Positions 1 to 8,973 of a DNA stretch of 64,000 nucleotides are shown piece by piece. The DNA comes from Nitrososphaerota archaeon. GTDB lineage: Archaea > Thermoproteota > Nitrososphaeria_A > Caldarchaeales > Calditenuaceae. The DNA lies in NCBI GenBank assembly GCA_041641295.1, contig JBEPYO010000001.1, positions 928,001 through 992,000 of the forward strand, read 5' to 3'. A program made the position numbers and the translations under genes. Under the pieces are notes generated by a model. The model made no database searches. It saw nothing but the letters and a program-made list of their open reading frames with translations, and was not told where the DNA came from. The first letter of the stretch is position 1, and the number at the start of each line of letters is the position of its first letter.

Positions 1-440
1 ATTATGAGGGCGTTGTTGGGGTTGATTCCAAGCCTCCTTAAGAGCTCCTCAAGCTCGGCCTTGGGCGTGAACCTGTTGTTGACATAGTGCCAGTATTCGC
101 CGCTCTTCTTGATGTAGCGGGTGACAGTTATCTCGTCCGACTTGATGGAGGAGACTGGCCGCTCCCCATCTACTGGAGAATTGTCTAGGACTACTGTGAG
201 CCTTGCGGCCTCTTTCCCCCTCCTTATAAGGTCGCTCAGCCTCTGCCCCCTCTCAGTATAGGTCTGGCCCAGCGCTACAGAGAGGCCGAGCAGGATTGAG
301 GACTTGCCCGAGCCGTTGGGCCCGGTGATGACGTTAAGCCCGGGCTCAAGCCTTATTCGGGAATACTCGTGGGACATGAAGTTCTCGAGTATGACTTCGC
401 GTATGTGAGTTGGTCTCGCCTCGACCCCCACCTGCCCCAA
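1..440 (-). CDS. SMC-superfamily ATPase, Smc5/6-like (coalescin/ClsN-like); N-terminal part only, runs off the window; start approximate
   Basis: Manual translation: HIREVILENFMSHEYSRIRLEPGLNVITGPNGSGKSSILLGLSVALGQTYTERGQRLSDLIRRG...GINPNNALII. SMC head with Walker A; not in ORF track. Confidence 0.85.
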   Translation of the reverse strand, partial: MGQVGVEARPTHIREVILENFMSHEYSRIRLEPGLNVITGPNGSGKSSILLGLSVALGQTYTERGQRLSDLIRRGKEAARLTVVLDNSPVDGERPVSSIKSDEITVTRYIKKSGEYWHYVNNRFTPKAELEELLRRLGINPNNALI

Positions 441-618
441 CCGAGCCCTAGCCAACCTCTCCAACCCTTCAGAGAAGGCCAGCCACAATAAAGAGTATCT
501 CCAGTAGAGTGAAAGTGTAATACACGATGTGGCACCCCCTGGGGGGGTGTTAAAAGGGCTATGAGCTGAACGTTTAAGGGCTGCGGGCTCCTGTTATATA
601 GGCTGGAGAGGGGCTGGC

Positions 619-1056
619 ATGGAGCTTGACGTTAAGACGGCGCTGGAGCGCTTCAGGATGTTCATCATCTATAACACCTGCCTTAGCCTCATTCCGAGAG
701 GGTATCTGAAGGACCCGACAATCTTCCCGGAGAGGGACCCGGATAAGGGCGAGATCTATGTGGAGGCGGCCAGCAAGATCGAGTTGGCCAAGATCAGGGA
801 TATCAGGTTTGTGAAGGCAGCAGATATACTAGGCGTGATATACAGGTCTAAGACGGGGAACACCTACCTCAAGTGGAGGCAGATCCGGGGGAATATAGGG
901 AGGCTGACAGGCGTAGCCTCCCCAAACTCCATAGTCAACCTGCTAGAGGCAAAGGTCCTGACCAGAGAATACCTAGAGGAATATCTGAAGCAGAGGGGCG
1001 AGACAGCCAAGACGGAGGACCAGGGCCAGCCAAGCACCACAACCACACCCCAATAA
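619..1056 (+). CDS. hypothetical protein (145 aa)
   Basis: Clean ORF with upstream GGAGAGG and TATA-like sequence; no family recognised. Confidence 0.7.
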   Translation: MELDVKTALERFRMFIIYNTCLSLIPRGYLKDPTIFPERDPDKGEIYVEAASKIELAKIRDIRFVKAADILGVIYRSKTGNTYLKWRQIRGNIGRLTGVASPNSIVNLLEAKVLTREYLEEYLKQRGETAKTEDQGQPSTTTTPQ

Positions 1057-1159
1057 ACAGCCGATAGCACCCACACACCACTCAAAGCATGGGAATATTC
1101 GCCAGGCGGCCTGATGCTACTCTCCCCACACCAGTTATTCCTGCTTTTTGCTTGGGTGG

Positions 1160-1660
1160 CTATTTATTGAGTAGGGCTCGGCATTTGGGGCAGGGTTCCA
1201 TGCCTTTTAGGTCTGTGTCGAGGATGCTGTTGCTGAAGAACATGACGCATCGGGGGCTGGGGCAGTGTTTTAGGCCGAGCATGTGGCCTACCTCGTGGGC
1301 GACCTCCTTCCTAAGCCTCTCAAAGAACTTCTCGGCGTTTGGGTGTTTTAGCCTGTAGGTTGAGACGACGGCGGAGCGGCTTGATGCGAGGCCGAAGCAG
1401 AAGTTGAACCTGTCGAAGTATATGTCGAGCCCTGTGATGTGTAGGTGGTAGTGGTTTCCGCTGTACTCTCTTGCGAGGGCTTCTACCAGCCTCAGGGCTT
1501 CCACCTGCCTCCGGATCGGGTTGACATGGTTTAGGGCGGGGTCCCTCTCAAGCTCCAGCTCCTCTGTGGTGAGCCCATAGACGATTGCCGCAGTCTCCGC
1601 CGCTATGCCCCTCTCACGGCTGAGACTCCTCGGCGAAGAGACGACAAGTCTCGCCGGCAA
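1160..1660 (-). CDS. amzA: archaemetzincin Zn metalloprotease
   Basis: HEVGHMLGLKHC...CVMFFS...CPKC motif. Confidence 0.9.
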   Translation of the reverse strand: MPARLVVSSPRSLSRERGIAAETAAIVYGLTTEELELERDPALNHVNPIRRQVEALRLVEALAREYSGNHYHLHITGLDIYFDRFNFCFGLASSRSAVVSTYRLKHPNAEKFFERLRKEVAHEVGHMLGLKHCPSPRCVMFFSNSILDTDLKGMEPCPKCRALLNK

Positions 1661-1981
1661 GCCAAGATAAATCCCTGCGCGGGCTCTGATAAATGTGAAA
1701 TGGTCGGGTGTGATTGCCTCCGAGCTCGCCCCATGTAAGCCTCTCTCTAAATCTGGTCTTCCCCCGGCGTTGGATGGTGTAGGGGCTTCTGGGTGGGCTT
1801 TCCAAGGCCTCGGGGGTTGGATAGGTTAGGTGGGTCTATGCGGGATGGGCTCCGTTTATTTTTGGAGATAGTGTCTTCAGAGACGTAATTGGTGCTGGTT
1901 TTGGGGGTTGCCTGCTCTCTCATGTTCTAAGGCTTTTATATCCTTTTTTCAAACAATTTGGCTAGCGTGGATGTAGGGGGG

Positions 1982-3874
1982 ATGGAGGGGCTTAGTAGAA
2001 GAAAGTTTTTAGCATTAACGGCCTCTCAGTCGGCTGGCATAGCTGTTGGTGCTGCTCTAGCTGGTGGGATAGGGGGATATTTGCTTGGCCTTAGAAGCGG
2101 AGGAGAAGGAACCGTAACTAAAACAGAAACCGTGACACAGGAAAAAACTATCGTCTCAACCACAACCATCACTCAGAAAGAAGTATACACCACAACCCAA
2201 ATAATACCAACCACAAAAATCATCTACGGCCCCAAACTAGATACAGCCGAATTTCTCAAGGTATATTCAGGAAACAATTTAGAAGTTTCTGCCAAGCTAA
2301 CATTTAACCCCAGAAGTGAAGTTATTACTGCAGATTTAGCTTTTATTTATCCCCAAGAAGCTACTTTCAAATTAGAAAGAAAAGAACCAAATGTTTATGT
2401 AGGTAGAATTTCCATATACAATCCAAAACCTGTGTATTATTTAGCAGTATGGGATGCTACTACAAAAGAGGGTGTAAAGGCTTCTAATGGATTAAGGGAA
2501 AATGATAGAACTGTAAAAATGCAGATGCCTTTAAGAAGGGAAGAGTATGAACCTTTTAAAGAATTGGCTGATTCATTGTTTGAATATACTCTCGGTTTAG
2601 ATAGACTAAATCCTGAAAAGACTTTTAAAATAAGTTTTGATGCGTTAGTTCAAACTAATAATACTAATGTTGATCAAAAAATCAGGGAAGCTGTAGTAAA
2701 ATATGCGTTAAATGTGACAAAATATAATTTGCAGCCCTATGAATTAAGTGCTTTAGCAGCTTTTACTTCAAATTTTCAAAATCTGCTAACACAATATCCA
2801 ACTATATTGGATTCAGAAAGATCAGCCCTTCAGCAATTAAATGAACAACAAGAATATTTGGAAAAATACTACTTTTATCCTTATTTAATAAGCAATATAC
2901 CTGAATTACAGAAATATCGATTTTTTGCTAATGCCGCAGCTTTACATTCAGCTAGAATAATTAAAGATTATCTATCCTTAAATTTGGCTAATTCTAATGA
3001 TAGAGAAAAAGCTTTCTTAGTTTTAGATAAAGTTATTATTCCTAGAGTAAAAGCTAGAATAGATTGGTTTGAAAAAGGAGAAACTGTATTACCAATTACT
3101 GGGAACGATTTAATAGATTTAATGGGAAGTGAAAAAGTTGCTTTAGTAAAACTTGCTGATATAGTAACACATGCAGATTTTCAATTTTATTCATTTAGAG
3201 ATATAAATAAAGATAATGTTTTAATGCCAATTAAACCCCAATCTACAACTGAACAAGATGATTTTATCAAAAATGCAATTTACAATACAGAAAATATGTT
3301 AAATGGAAATACTACTATAAGCCATAAAAAAGTGTGGCGAGATATACACGATCCAGAAAAAATTAAAATTTATTTAGAGGGTAATGCTTCAATTCCTGAT
3401 CCATCACATCCGTATTATGAACTTTATAAATTTTGGGCAGAAGTTTATATGCCATTTATTTTGCAAAATGGAACAAATAGCGACAGAATTGCTTTATTAT
3501 GGTTTAGGTACGGTCCGCTAAATTTATTAAAAAAATCTAATGGTGAATATATTCACGAAGAAAATAGAAAATATATATCACAAATGGCAGCAGAATCTGT
3601 TGGTGAGTCGGTTTATGTCACCGATCAGACTCTTCCATTCAGACCTACTCTTCATGGTGATATAATGATTTCCTTATCTGAAAAAATATGGAAGAGCATT
3701 CTAAACAATAAAGAGAAATTTTTAACTCCTTTTTATGTTGAAATAGTTAATGGTATTCCAAATGCGTATGGAATAAAAGAGAAATGGCTTGAGCCATTTA
3801 GAAAATATGGTACTAAACCCTGGTTTGTTTGGTATACTTCTCCTGCAACTCAGTTAGTCATATATCAAGAGTAG
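1982..3874 (+). CDS. Tat-signal exported/anchored hypothetical protein with Thr-rich linker, AT-rich
   Basis: LSRRKFL twin-arginine motif, hydrophobic helix, TVTKTETVT...TTTIT linker. ATG at 1982 (ORF track starts at TTG 1958). Confidence 0.8.
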   Translation: MEGLSRRKFLALTASQSAGIAVGAALAGGIGGYLLGLRSGGEGTVTKTETVTQEKTIVSTTTITQKEVYTTTQIIPTTKIIYGPKLDTAEFLKVYSGNNLEVSAKLTFNPRSEVITADLAFIYPQEATFKLERKEPNVYVGRISIYNPKPVYYLAVWDATTKEGVKASNGLRENDRTVKMQMPLRREEYEPFKELADSLFEYTLGLDRLNPEKTFKISFDALVQTNNTNVDQKIREAVVKYALNVTKYNLQPYELSALAAFTSNFQNLLTQYPTILDSERSALQQLNEQQEYLEKYYFYPYLISNIPELQKYRFFANAAALHSARIIKDYLSLNLANSNDREKAFLVLDKVIIPRVKARIDWFEKGETVLPITGNDLIDLMGSEKVALVKLADIVTHADFQFYSFRDINKDNVLMPIKPQSTTEQDDFIKNAIYNTENMLNGNTTISHKKVWRDIHDPEKIKIYLEGNASIPDPSHPYYELYKFWAEVYMPFILQNGTNSDRIALLWFRYGPLNLLKKSNGEYIHEENRKYISQMAAESVGESVYVTDQTLPFRPTLHGDIMISLSEKIWKSILNNKEKFLTPFYVEIVNGIPNAYGIKEKWLEPFRKYGTKPWFVWYTSPATQLVIYQE

Positions 3875-3914
3875 AAAACATTTTTTATATATTAATTCCC
3901 TCAAATAATAATTA

Positions 3915-4133
3915 ATGAGAAAAGGGCAAAAGGAGTTTAAAATTAAAATAAATATCTTTTATTTTGTTTTGCCCATAACTTTTTATTTAATTTACATTTT
4001 TAATTTTCACTTAGTACTTTTTCAATCTTTGCTATCAAAAACTTCAGTTTTAATTTTAATTCCAATATGGAGTTTTACATTTTTAGCATTAACAAAAGGA
4101 AAGTTTGTTTTATTCTATAATGTGAGAAAATAG
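3915..4133 (+). CDS. small hydrophobic hypothetical protein (about 2 TM), AT-rich
   Basis: 72-aa ORF following the Tat gene; may be spurious in AT-rich DNA. Confidence 0.35.
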   Translation: MRKGQKEFKIKINIFYFVLPITFYLIYIFNFHLVLFQSLLSKTSVLILIPIWSFTFLALTKGKFVLFYNVRK

Positions 4134-4493
4134 TACTGACCTAGTGTGAAATATTGCGCGTTAAATTTAAGATTTCTGGGGTATGAAATTAGTGTATAGT
4201 TTTTGTGTGTTTGTATGGCTCTTGAGATGTTTTCGGAGGATTATATTCCGTGGTTTGTGGTAGATGGGGGGAGGTGTAGAGGGTCTATTGGTCTTCTCGA
4301 GGATGTTTAGGTTTTTCTCGTCTCCTCGGATATGACCACCGCAGAATAGGTGTGTCGTCAAACTATCTCTATATAAGCCTCCCCCACTTCTTAGATGGGA
4401 TGAAGTCAGACTCGTTAAACACCAACAGGACTAGATTGTCAACCACACCCACCCGTCACAGATAGTGTCAGGATAAGGAGGGTATCGGAAGGC

Positions 4494-5057
4494 TTGATGA
4501 AGGCATACCTCGTGGCTGGGACGCCCGGCGTGGGCAAGTCCACCGTAGCATCAGGGCTAGCGGAGAGGATAGGTGCGCTTATGCTTGAGCTTAGAGAGCT
4601 GGCAGACCCCGGCGAGCTTGAAGTCCACCCCGCAAAGCTGTCTGCGAGGGCGGGCGCCAGGATTAGGAGGGCGGGCAGGGACGCGGTGATAGCCACACAC
4701 ATTATCTTCAAGCCACGCGGCATTCCTATTGGTGCTGTTATTGTTTTGAGGCGGAGCCCACTGAAGCTCTTGGAGGAGCTGAGGCTTCGAGGATACCCGG
4801 AGGAGAAGGTGCTTGAGAATGTTGAGGCAGAGCTGCTGGGCGTCGTGTATGTTGATGCGCTCCGAAAGATGGGTGAGGGGCGCGTATTCCAGATAGATAC
4901 TACTGTGAGAGGGGTTGCGGAGACTGTGGACCTAGCCTACCGGGTGCTGCGGGGTGAGTGGGGTGGTGAGGAGGTTGACTGGGTCTCGCAGCTGGAGAGG
5001 GATGGTAGCCTTCAGGGGCTCCTGTCCAAGCTCTCAGCCAGAGGTGCGAGGGCCTAG
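4494..5057 (+). CDS. adenylate kinase AK6/Fap7 family
   Basis: GTPGVGKS P-loop; RGYPEEKVLENVEAE motif. Confidence 0.88.
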   Translation: MMKAYLVAGTPGVGKSTVASGLAERIGALMLELRELADPGELEVHPAKLSARAGARIRRAGRDAVIATHIIFKPRGIPIGAVIVLRRSPLKLLEELRLRGYPEEKVLENVEAELLGVVYVDALRKMGEGRVFQIDTTVRGVAETVDLAYRVLRGEWGGEEVDWVSQLERDGSLQGLLSKLSARGARA

Positions 5058-6100
5058 AGGCTGTCGAATATCTTCACGGCCTCCCTCGCAATGGCGTCGG
5101 CCATCTCCAGCGTGCTTGCGTTGCCGTTAAGGTCGTAGGTTACAGTCTTCCCCTCCTCAATCACCTTCTCCGTCGCGGCGAAGATGCTCTTAGCGTATCT
5201 ATGGTAGCCGAGGTAGTCTAGCATCCAGGCAGCCGAGAGGATTGTTGCTGTGGGGTTGACCTTGTAGAGGCCCTTATACTTGGGAGCGCTCCCATGTGCA
5301 GGCTCAAACATCGCGTATCTATCCCCAATGTTCGCTGAGTATACGAGGCCTATGTTCCCTATCAGTGAGGAGGAGAGCTCCGAGATAACGTCCATGAAGA
5401 GGTTCGTGCTTAGGAGAACAGTCTGGTTAAACCTCTGGGGATTCTTGACCAGCTGCTGAGCCATATTATCTATGTAGTATTCCTCGAGCTCGATTCCCGG
5501 GAACTCTTTAGACACCGCCTCGACGCTGTTCCAGAAGACCGAGTCCGTCAGCCTCAGTATGTTACGCTTCGTGATGGCGATGACCTTCTTGTATCCTCGG
5601 TTGACAGCCTCTCTGAACGCGACCCGCGCAATCCTCTCCGAGCCCCTCCTCGTTATCTTCCTGATGGCTATCGCCGTGTCCTGGTCAAGCATGACCTCAG
5701 CCCCTATGTAGAGGCCCTCAGTCGCCTCCCTGACGCATAGAAAGTCCACCTCCCCGAGCGGGCCAACCCTCCCCTTGAACGTCTTAATCGGTCTCAGGTT
5801 GGCGTAGAGATCCATCCTCCTCCTAATGTTTACTGCCACGCTTCCAGGTGCGTTGGGGTCTGGAGGGGTCGTGGTCGGGGCCTTGAGACACGCGTCACTG
5901 TTCATAATGGCCTCCCAAGTCTCAGGCGGTATAAGGTTAGGGAGGTTGGGCTTCCCGGCTGAGAGCCACCACTCATACCCCGCCTCACACCGCACAACCT
6001 CAATATCAGGGCGGAGAGCATCTATGACACGAAGCGCAGCCTCGGCAAGCTCTGGACCAGTCCCATCACCATTAATAACAACAACCCGCTTCCTGGCCAT
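5054..6100 (-). CDS. isocitrate/isopropylmalate dehydrogenase family
   Basis: GDGTGPE, LYANLRP, FEPAHGSAPKY, VNPTATILS. Confidence 0.92.
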   Translation of the reverse strand: MARKRVVVINGDGTGPELAEAALRVIDALRPDIEVVRCEAGYEWWLSAGKPNLPNLIPPETWEAIMNSDACLKAPTTTPPDPNAPGSVAVNIRRRMDLYANLRPIKTFKGRVGPLGEVDFLCVREATEGLYIGAEVMLDQDTAIAIRKITRRGSERIARVAFREAVNRGYKKVIAITKRNILRLTDSVFWNSVEAVSKEFPGIELEEYYIDNMAQQLVKNPQRFNQTVLLSTNLFMDVISELSSSLIGNIGLVYSANIGDRYAMFEPAHGSAPKYKGLYKVNPTATILSAAWMLDYLGYHRYAKSIFAATEKVIEEGKTVTYDLNGNASTLEMADAIAREAVKIFDSL

Positions 6101-6144
6101 TCAGCTCAACATTAGAACCCTTCTTAACTAATTTTTCTCCGCGG

Positions 6145-7425
6145 CTAGGCCTTCGGCTTTAGAACGGTCCTCCCCCTCATGTAGGGCTGGAGGACCTCAG
6201 GAATCTCAACCGAGCCATCCCTCCTCTGATAATTCTCCAATATCGCAACAATAGTCCTCTCCGTGGCTATGGCCGTGCTGTTGAGTGTGTGGACATATTT
6301 AGTCTCCTCGACGTGGGGTGCCTCCCTATACCTGATCCTAAGCCTCCTAGCCTGGTAGTCCGTGCAGTTGCTGCAGGAGACAACCTCGCGGTATCTCCCC
6401 TGAGCAGGCATCCAAACCTCCAAGTCATACTTCTTGGCCGCTATGGGTCCCAGCTCCCCGACACAGATGTTAACAACCCTGTAGGGCAGGCCGAGCGACC
6501 TGTAGAGCTCCTCAGCATTACTGATCAAGAACTCATGCTCCTCCCAGGACTGGTCCTCCCTGCAGAAGCTGAACTGCTCTACCTTCTCAAACTGGTGAAC
6601 CCTGAATATACCCTTAGTATCCTTGCCGTGGGCACCCGCCTCCTTCCTGAAGCACGGGCTCACACCAGCGTACCTCAAGGGAAGGATCCTTCCGTCGAGT
6701 ATTTCATCGGCGTGTAGGCCCGCTATTGCGTGCTCAGCGGTGCCTATGAGGTAGAGGTCCTCCCCCTCAATCTTGTAAATCATGTCCTCAAAGTCCTTCA
6801 GCGAAATTGCACCCGCTAGTATATCCCTCCTGATCATGTAGGGTGGTTGGATGATCCTGAAGCCCTTGGCGGCTAGGAAGTCGAGTGCGTAGTTTATGAG
6901 TGCTAGGTTCAGGAGGACGATATCGTCGAGAAGGTAGTAGAATCTGGCCCCCGCCACCTTTGCAGCACGCTCCAGATCGGCCATGGCTAAAATGTTGAGG
7001 AGGTCGACGTGGTCTCGCAGATAGTCATCCGAGCGCGGCTCCCCCCAACTCCTAACCACGACATTATCCTCCTCAGAGGTCCCATCTGGTACAGACTCGT
7101 GGGGGATGTTAGGCAGGTTGAAGAGAGTGTCTCTCAGGAAGCCCTCCACCTCCTCCAACTCCTTCTCCAGCCTCTCAATCTCGACGCCGATCTGGCTGCT
7201 CCTCGCCCTCAACTCTTCAACCCTAGCCTCGTCGCCTCTAGCCTTCCCTATCTCGGCCGCGATCCTGTTCCTCTCATGTCTCAGCTCCTGCAGGCGCTTT
7301 ATCAAAGCCCTCCTAGCCGCATCCCTCTCAATGATAGTATCCACTATCGAGGGGTCGATGCCCCTCCTCGCCAGTCCGGCCTTGAAATAATCAGGTCTCT
7401 GCCGGATCTGCTTAATGTCTAGCAA
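6145..7425 (-). CDS. serS: seryl-tRNA synthetase
   Basis: MLDIKQIR start (TTG 7425), GTAEH, FRKEAG, FRVHQFEKVEQF, HTLNST. Confidence 0.97.
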   Translation of the reverse strand: MLDIKQIRQRPDYFKAGLARRGIDPSIVDTIIERDAARRALIKRLQELRHERNRIAAEIGKARGDEARVEELRARSSQIGVEIERLEKELEEVEGFLRDTLFNLPNIPHESVPDGTSEEDNVVVRSWGEPRSDDYLRDHVDLLNILAMADLERAAKVAGARFYYLLDDIVLLNLALINYALDFLAAKGFRIIQPPYMIRRDILAGAISLKDFEDMIYKIEGEDLYLIGTAEHAIAGLHADEILDGRILPLRYAGVSPCFRKEAGAHGKDTKGIFRVHQFEKVEQFSFCREDQSWEEHEFLISNAEELYRSLGLPYRVVNICVGELGPIAAKKYDLEVWMPAQGRYREVVSCSNCTDYQARRLRIRYREAPHVEETKYVHTLNSTAIATERTIVAILENYQRRDGSVEIPEVLQPYMRGRTVLKPKA

Positions 7426-7453
7426 CCCTAAGAGACTGTCGGTCCAGCTGTAT

Positions 7454-7996
7454 TTAACATAGTTCCGCCTCTCCGCGGAGTAGGCTCCTGAGGCCTGGGT
7501 CTCTGATCTCTTGGAGTGCTGACCGGGTAAACTCCTCTGCCAAGCCCTTCGCAGCCCTCCCCTCTCTCTCATAGGCTATGGCCTGAAGCGCCATCTCCAG
7601 CTTGTCCAGCTGTTTGACAAGCCTCGCCTCCTCGCTCGACTGAAAAGCATACTCGTTGTATAGCTGAAGTATGAGGGCGCCGACTCCCGATGGGACTTTC
7701 TCAGCTATCCTCTTCATGGCTTCCTTTTCTGCTTCCACGTAGTCCATGTTCGACCTCTTCTCGCTGGGGGGTATGTCCCCTGTCACAGCCTCTGCGAGGT
7801 CGTGAACTATTGCTATCGCGGCTGTTTTGAACGGGTCTAGGCCCCGCTCCGCTGCGAGGAGCATCGAGAGTAGTGCGAGGCTGTAGGAGTGGTCGGCTAC
7901 GGATTCAGGCTCCCTGACACCCCTCCTAACCCAGCCCTCCCTCCTCAACCCCTTAAGCGCCGCAGCCAGCCCAAAGATGGTGGCTACCCAGCTCAC
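7454..7996 (-). CDS. HD-domain hydrolase (YfbR/5'-deoxynucleotidase-like)
   Basis: RxGW...PESVADHS, HDLAEAVTGDI, DKLEMALQA. Confidence 0.9.
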   Translation of the reverse strand: MSWVATIFGLAAALKGLRREGWVRRGVREPESVADHSYSLALLSMLLAAERGLDPFKTAAIAIVHDLAEAVTGDIPPSEKRSNMDYVEAEKEAMKRIAEKVPSGVGALILQLYNEYAFQSSEEARLVKQLDKLEMALQAIAYEREGRAAKGLAEEFTRSALQEIRDPGLRSLLRGEAELC

Positions 7997-8002
7997 TCCA
8001 CA

Positions 8003-8155
8003 TTAACCTCTCTCCACACCCTCACTGGCTCTCAGCTCACTCTCGCTCAGCATTCTGGAGGGCGGGTGTGGATTGACTAGGTCTCCGCCGCATACTGGGC
8101 ACTTGTCTGTCCGTAACGTGTAGCGCCAGCAGACCGCGCATCTCCGAAGCCTCAT
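8003..8155 (-). CDS. nop10: H/ACA RNP protein Nop10 (50 aa)
   Basis: Manual translation MRLRRCAVCWRYTLRTDKCPVCGGDLVNPHPP... (CxxC-YTL-CPxCG-HPP); ATGA overlap with aIF2-alpha stop, a conserved archaeal gene pair. Confidence 0.85.
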   Translation of the reverse strand: MRLRRCAVCWRYTLRTDKCPVCGGDLVNPHPPSRMLSESELRASEGVERG

Positions 8156-8934
8156 TTCTTCTCCTCTTCAATTGCTGCTACGCCGCCGTGTTCCGACATG
8201 ATCTGCGCCATCCTGTTCAGCGCCTGTTGTTTAAGCTCTTCCACCCGCTCAGGTGTTGCAGCCTCGACCCTCAAGAGATACCTCGGCGGGCCTACCACCG
8301 TTATTGATAGCTTCTCGCCGCTCCCTGCAAGGTTCATCGCCTCTTGGGCCGCCCTCCTGATAACTTCAACACCACTCCTCCCGGCATAGAGCCTGACAAA
8401 TACTTTCGAGACGCTCACTGTCTTCTTGATCTCTTTCCTACAGAGCTCGACTAGGGCGTCCTTAACCTCTTTTGGAAGGTTCACCCACTGGGGCACCTCG
8501 TCCCCAGAGGCTATGTCCTCCATAAGCCCATACAGGTCTACGTGCCTCTCGGCCGCGGGCTTGACCAGCCCCTCCTCTATCACCGTCTTGTCAACACCTG
8601 TCTTCTCTGCCAGGATTGAGAGCATCTTAGAGACCTTCACGACCCTGTTCCACTCAGCCATCTTCTCAGCCCTCTCCTTCAGCGTAACCCGCCTCAGCGA
8701 AACATCGACCTGGAGGTTCTCAGGCGAGCTCCTAACCACCCTGAAGACCGTCCTCTGACCCTCCCTCAGATAGTCCCTGATGTTTCGCACCCACTTCATC
8801 GAGATCTCCGAGAGTGGGACGAATGCCTCTAGCCCATCATACTCCTCGAGTCTAACATTAACCCCATGCCTCATCACCCTAGTGACCGTCCCTATGACCA
8901 GCTCTCCCTGTTGAGGAAACCTCTTAACGCTCAC
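8152..8934 (-). CDS. eif2a: translation initiation factor aIF2 alpha
   Basis: S1 domain PxxGELVIGTV...WVRNIRDYLREGQ, VDVSLRRV, GPPRY. Confidence 0.93.
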   Translation of the reverse strand: MSVKRFPQQGELVIGTVTRVMRHGVNVRLEEYDGLEAFVPLSEISMKWVRNIRDYLREGQRTVFRVVRSSPENLQVDVSLRRVTLKERAEKMAEWNRVVKVSKMLSILAEKTGVDKTVIEEGLVKPAAERHVDLYGLMEDIASGDEVPQWVNLPKEVKDALVELCRKEIKKTVSVSKVFVRLYAGRSGVEVIRRAAQEAMNLAGSGEKLSITVVGPPRYLLRVEAATPERVEELKQQALNRMAQIMSEHGGVAAIEEEKK

Positions 8935-8973
8935 TCCCTCAACACCACCCTTCAATTAGGAGACCCTAGGCTT

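Noticed and set aside
498-520. CTCCAGTAGAGTGAAAGTGT loosely resembles an ORB origin box
   Set aside because: Single degenerate copy, no cdc6/orc1 nearby and no AT-rich unwinding element.
1747-1923. 58-aa minus-strand ORF MREQATPKTSTNYVSEDT..., faintly antitoxin-like
   Set aside because: The remainder is low-complexity Pro-rich sequence and no convincing promoter was seen.
4390-4445. Possible C/D-like RNA (GATGAAG; CTGA on the minus strand)
   Set aside because: No proper C box paired with a D box on one strand.
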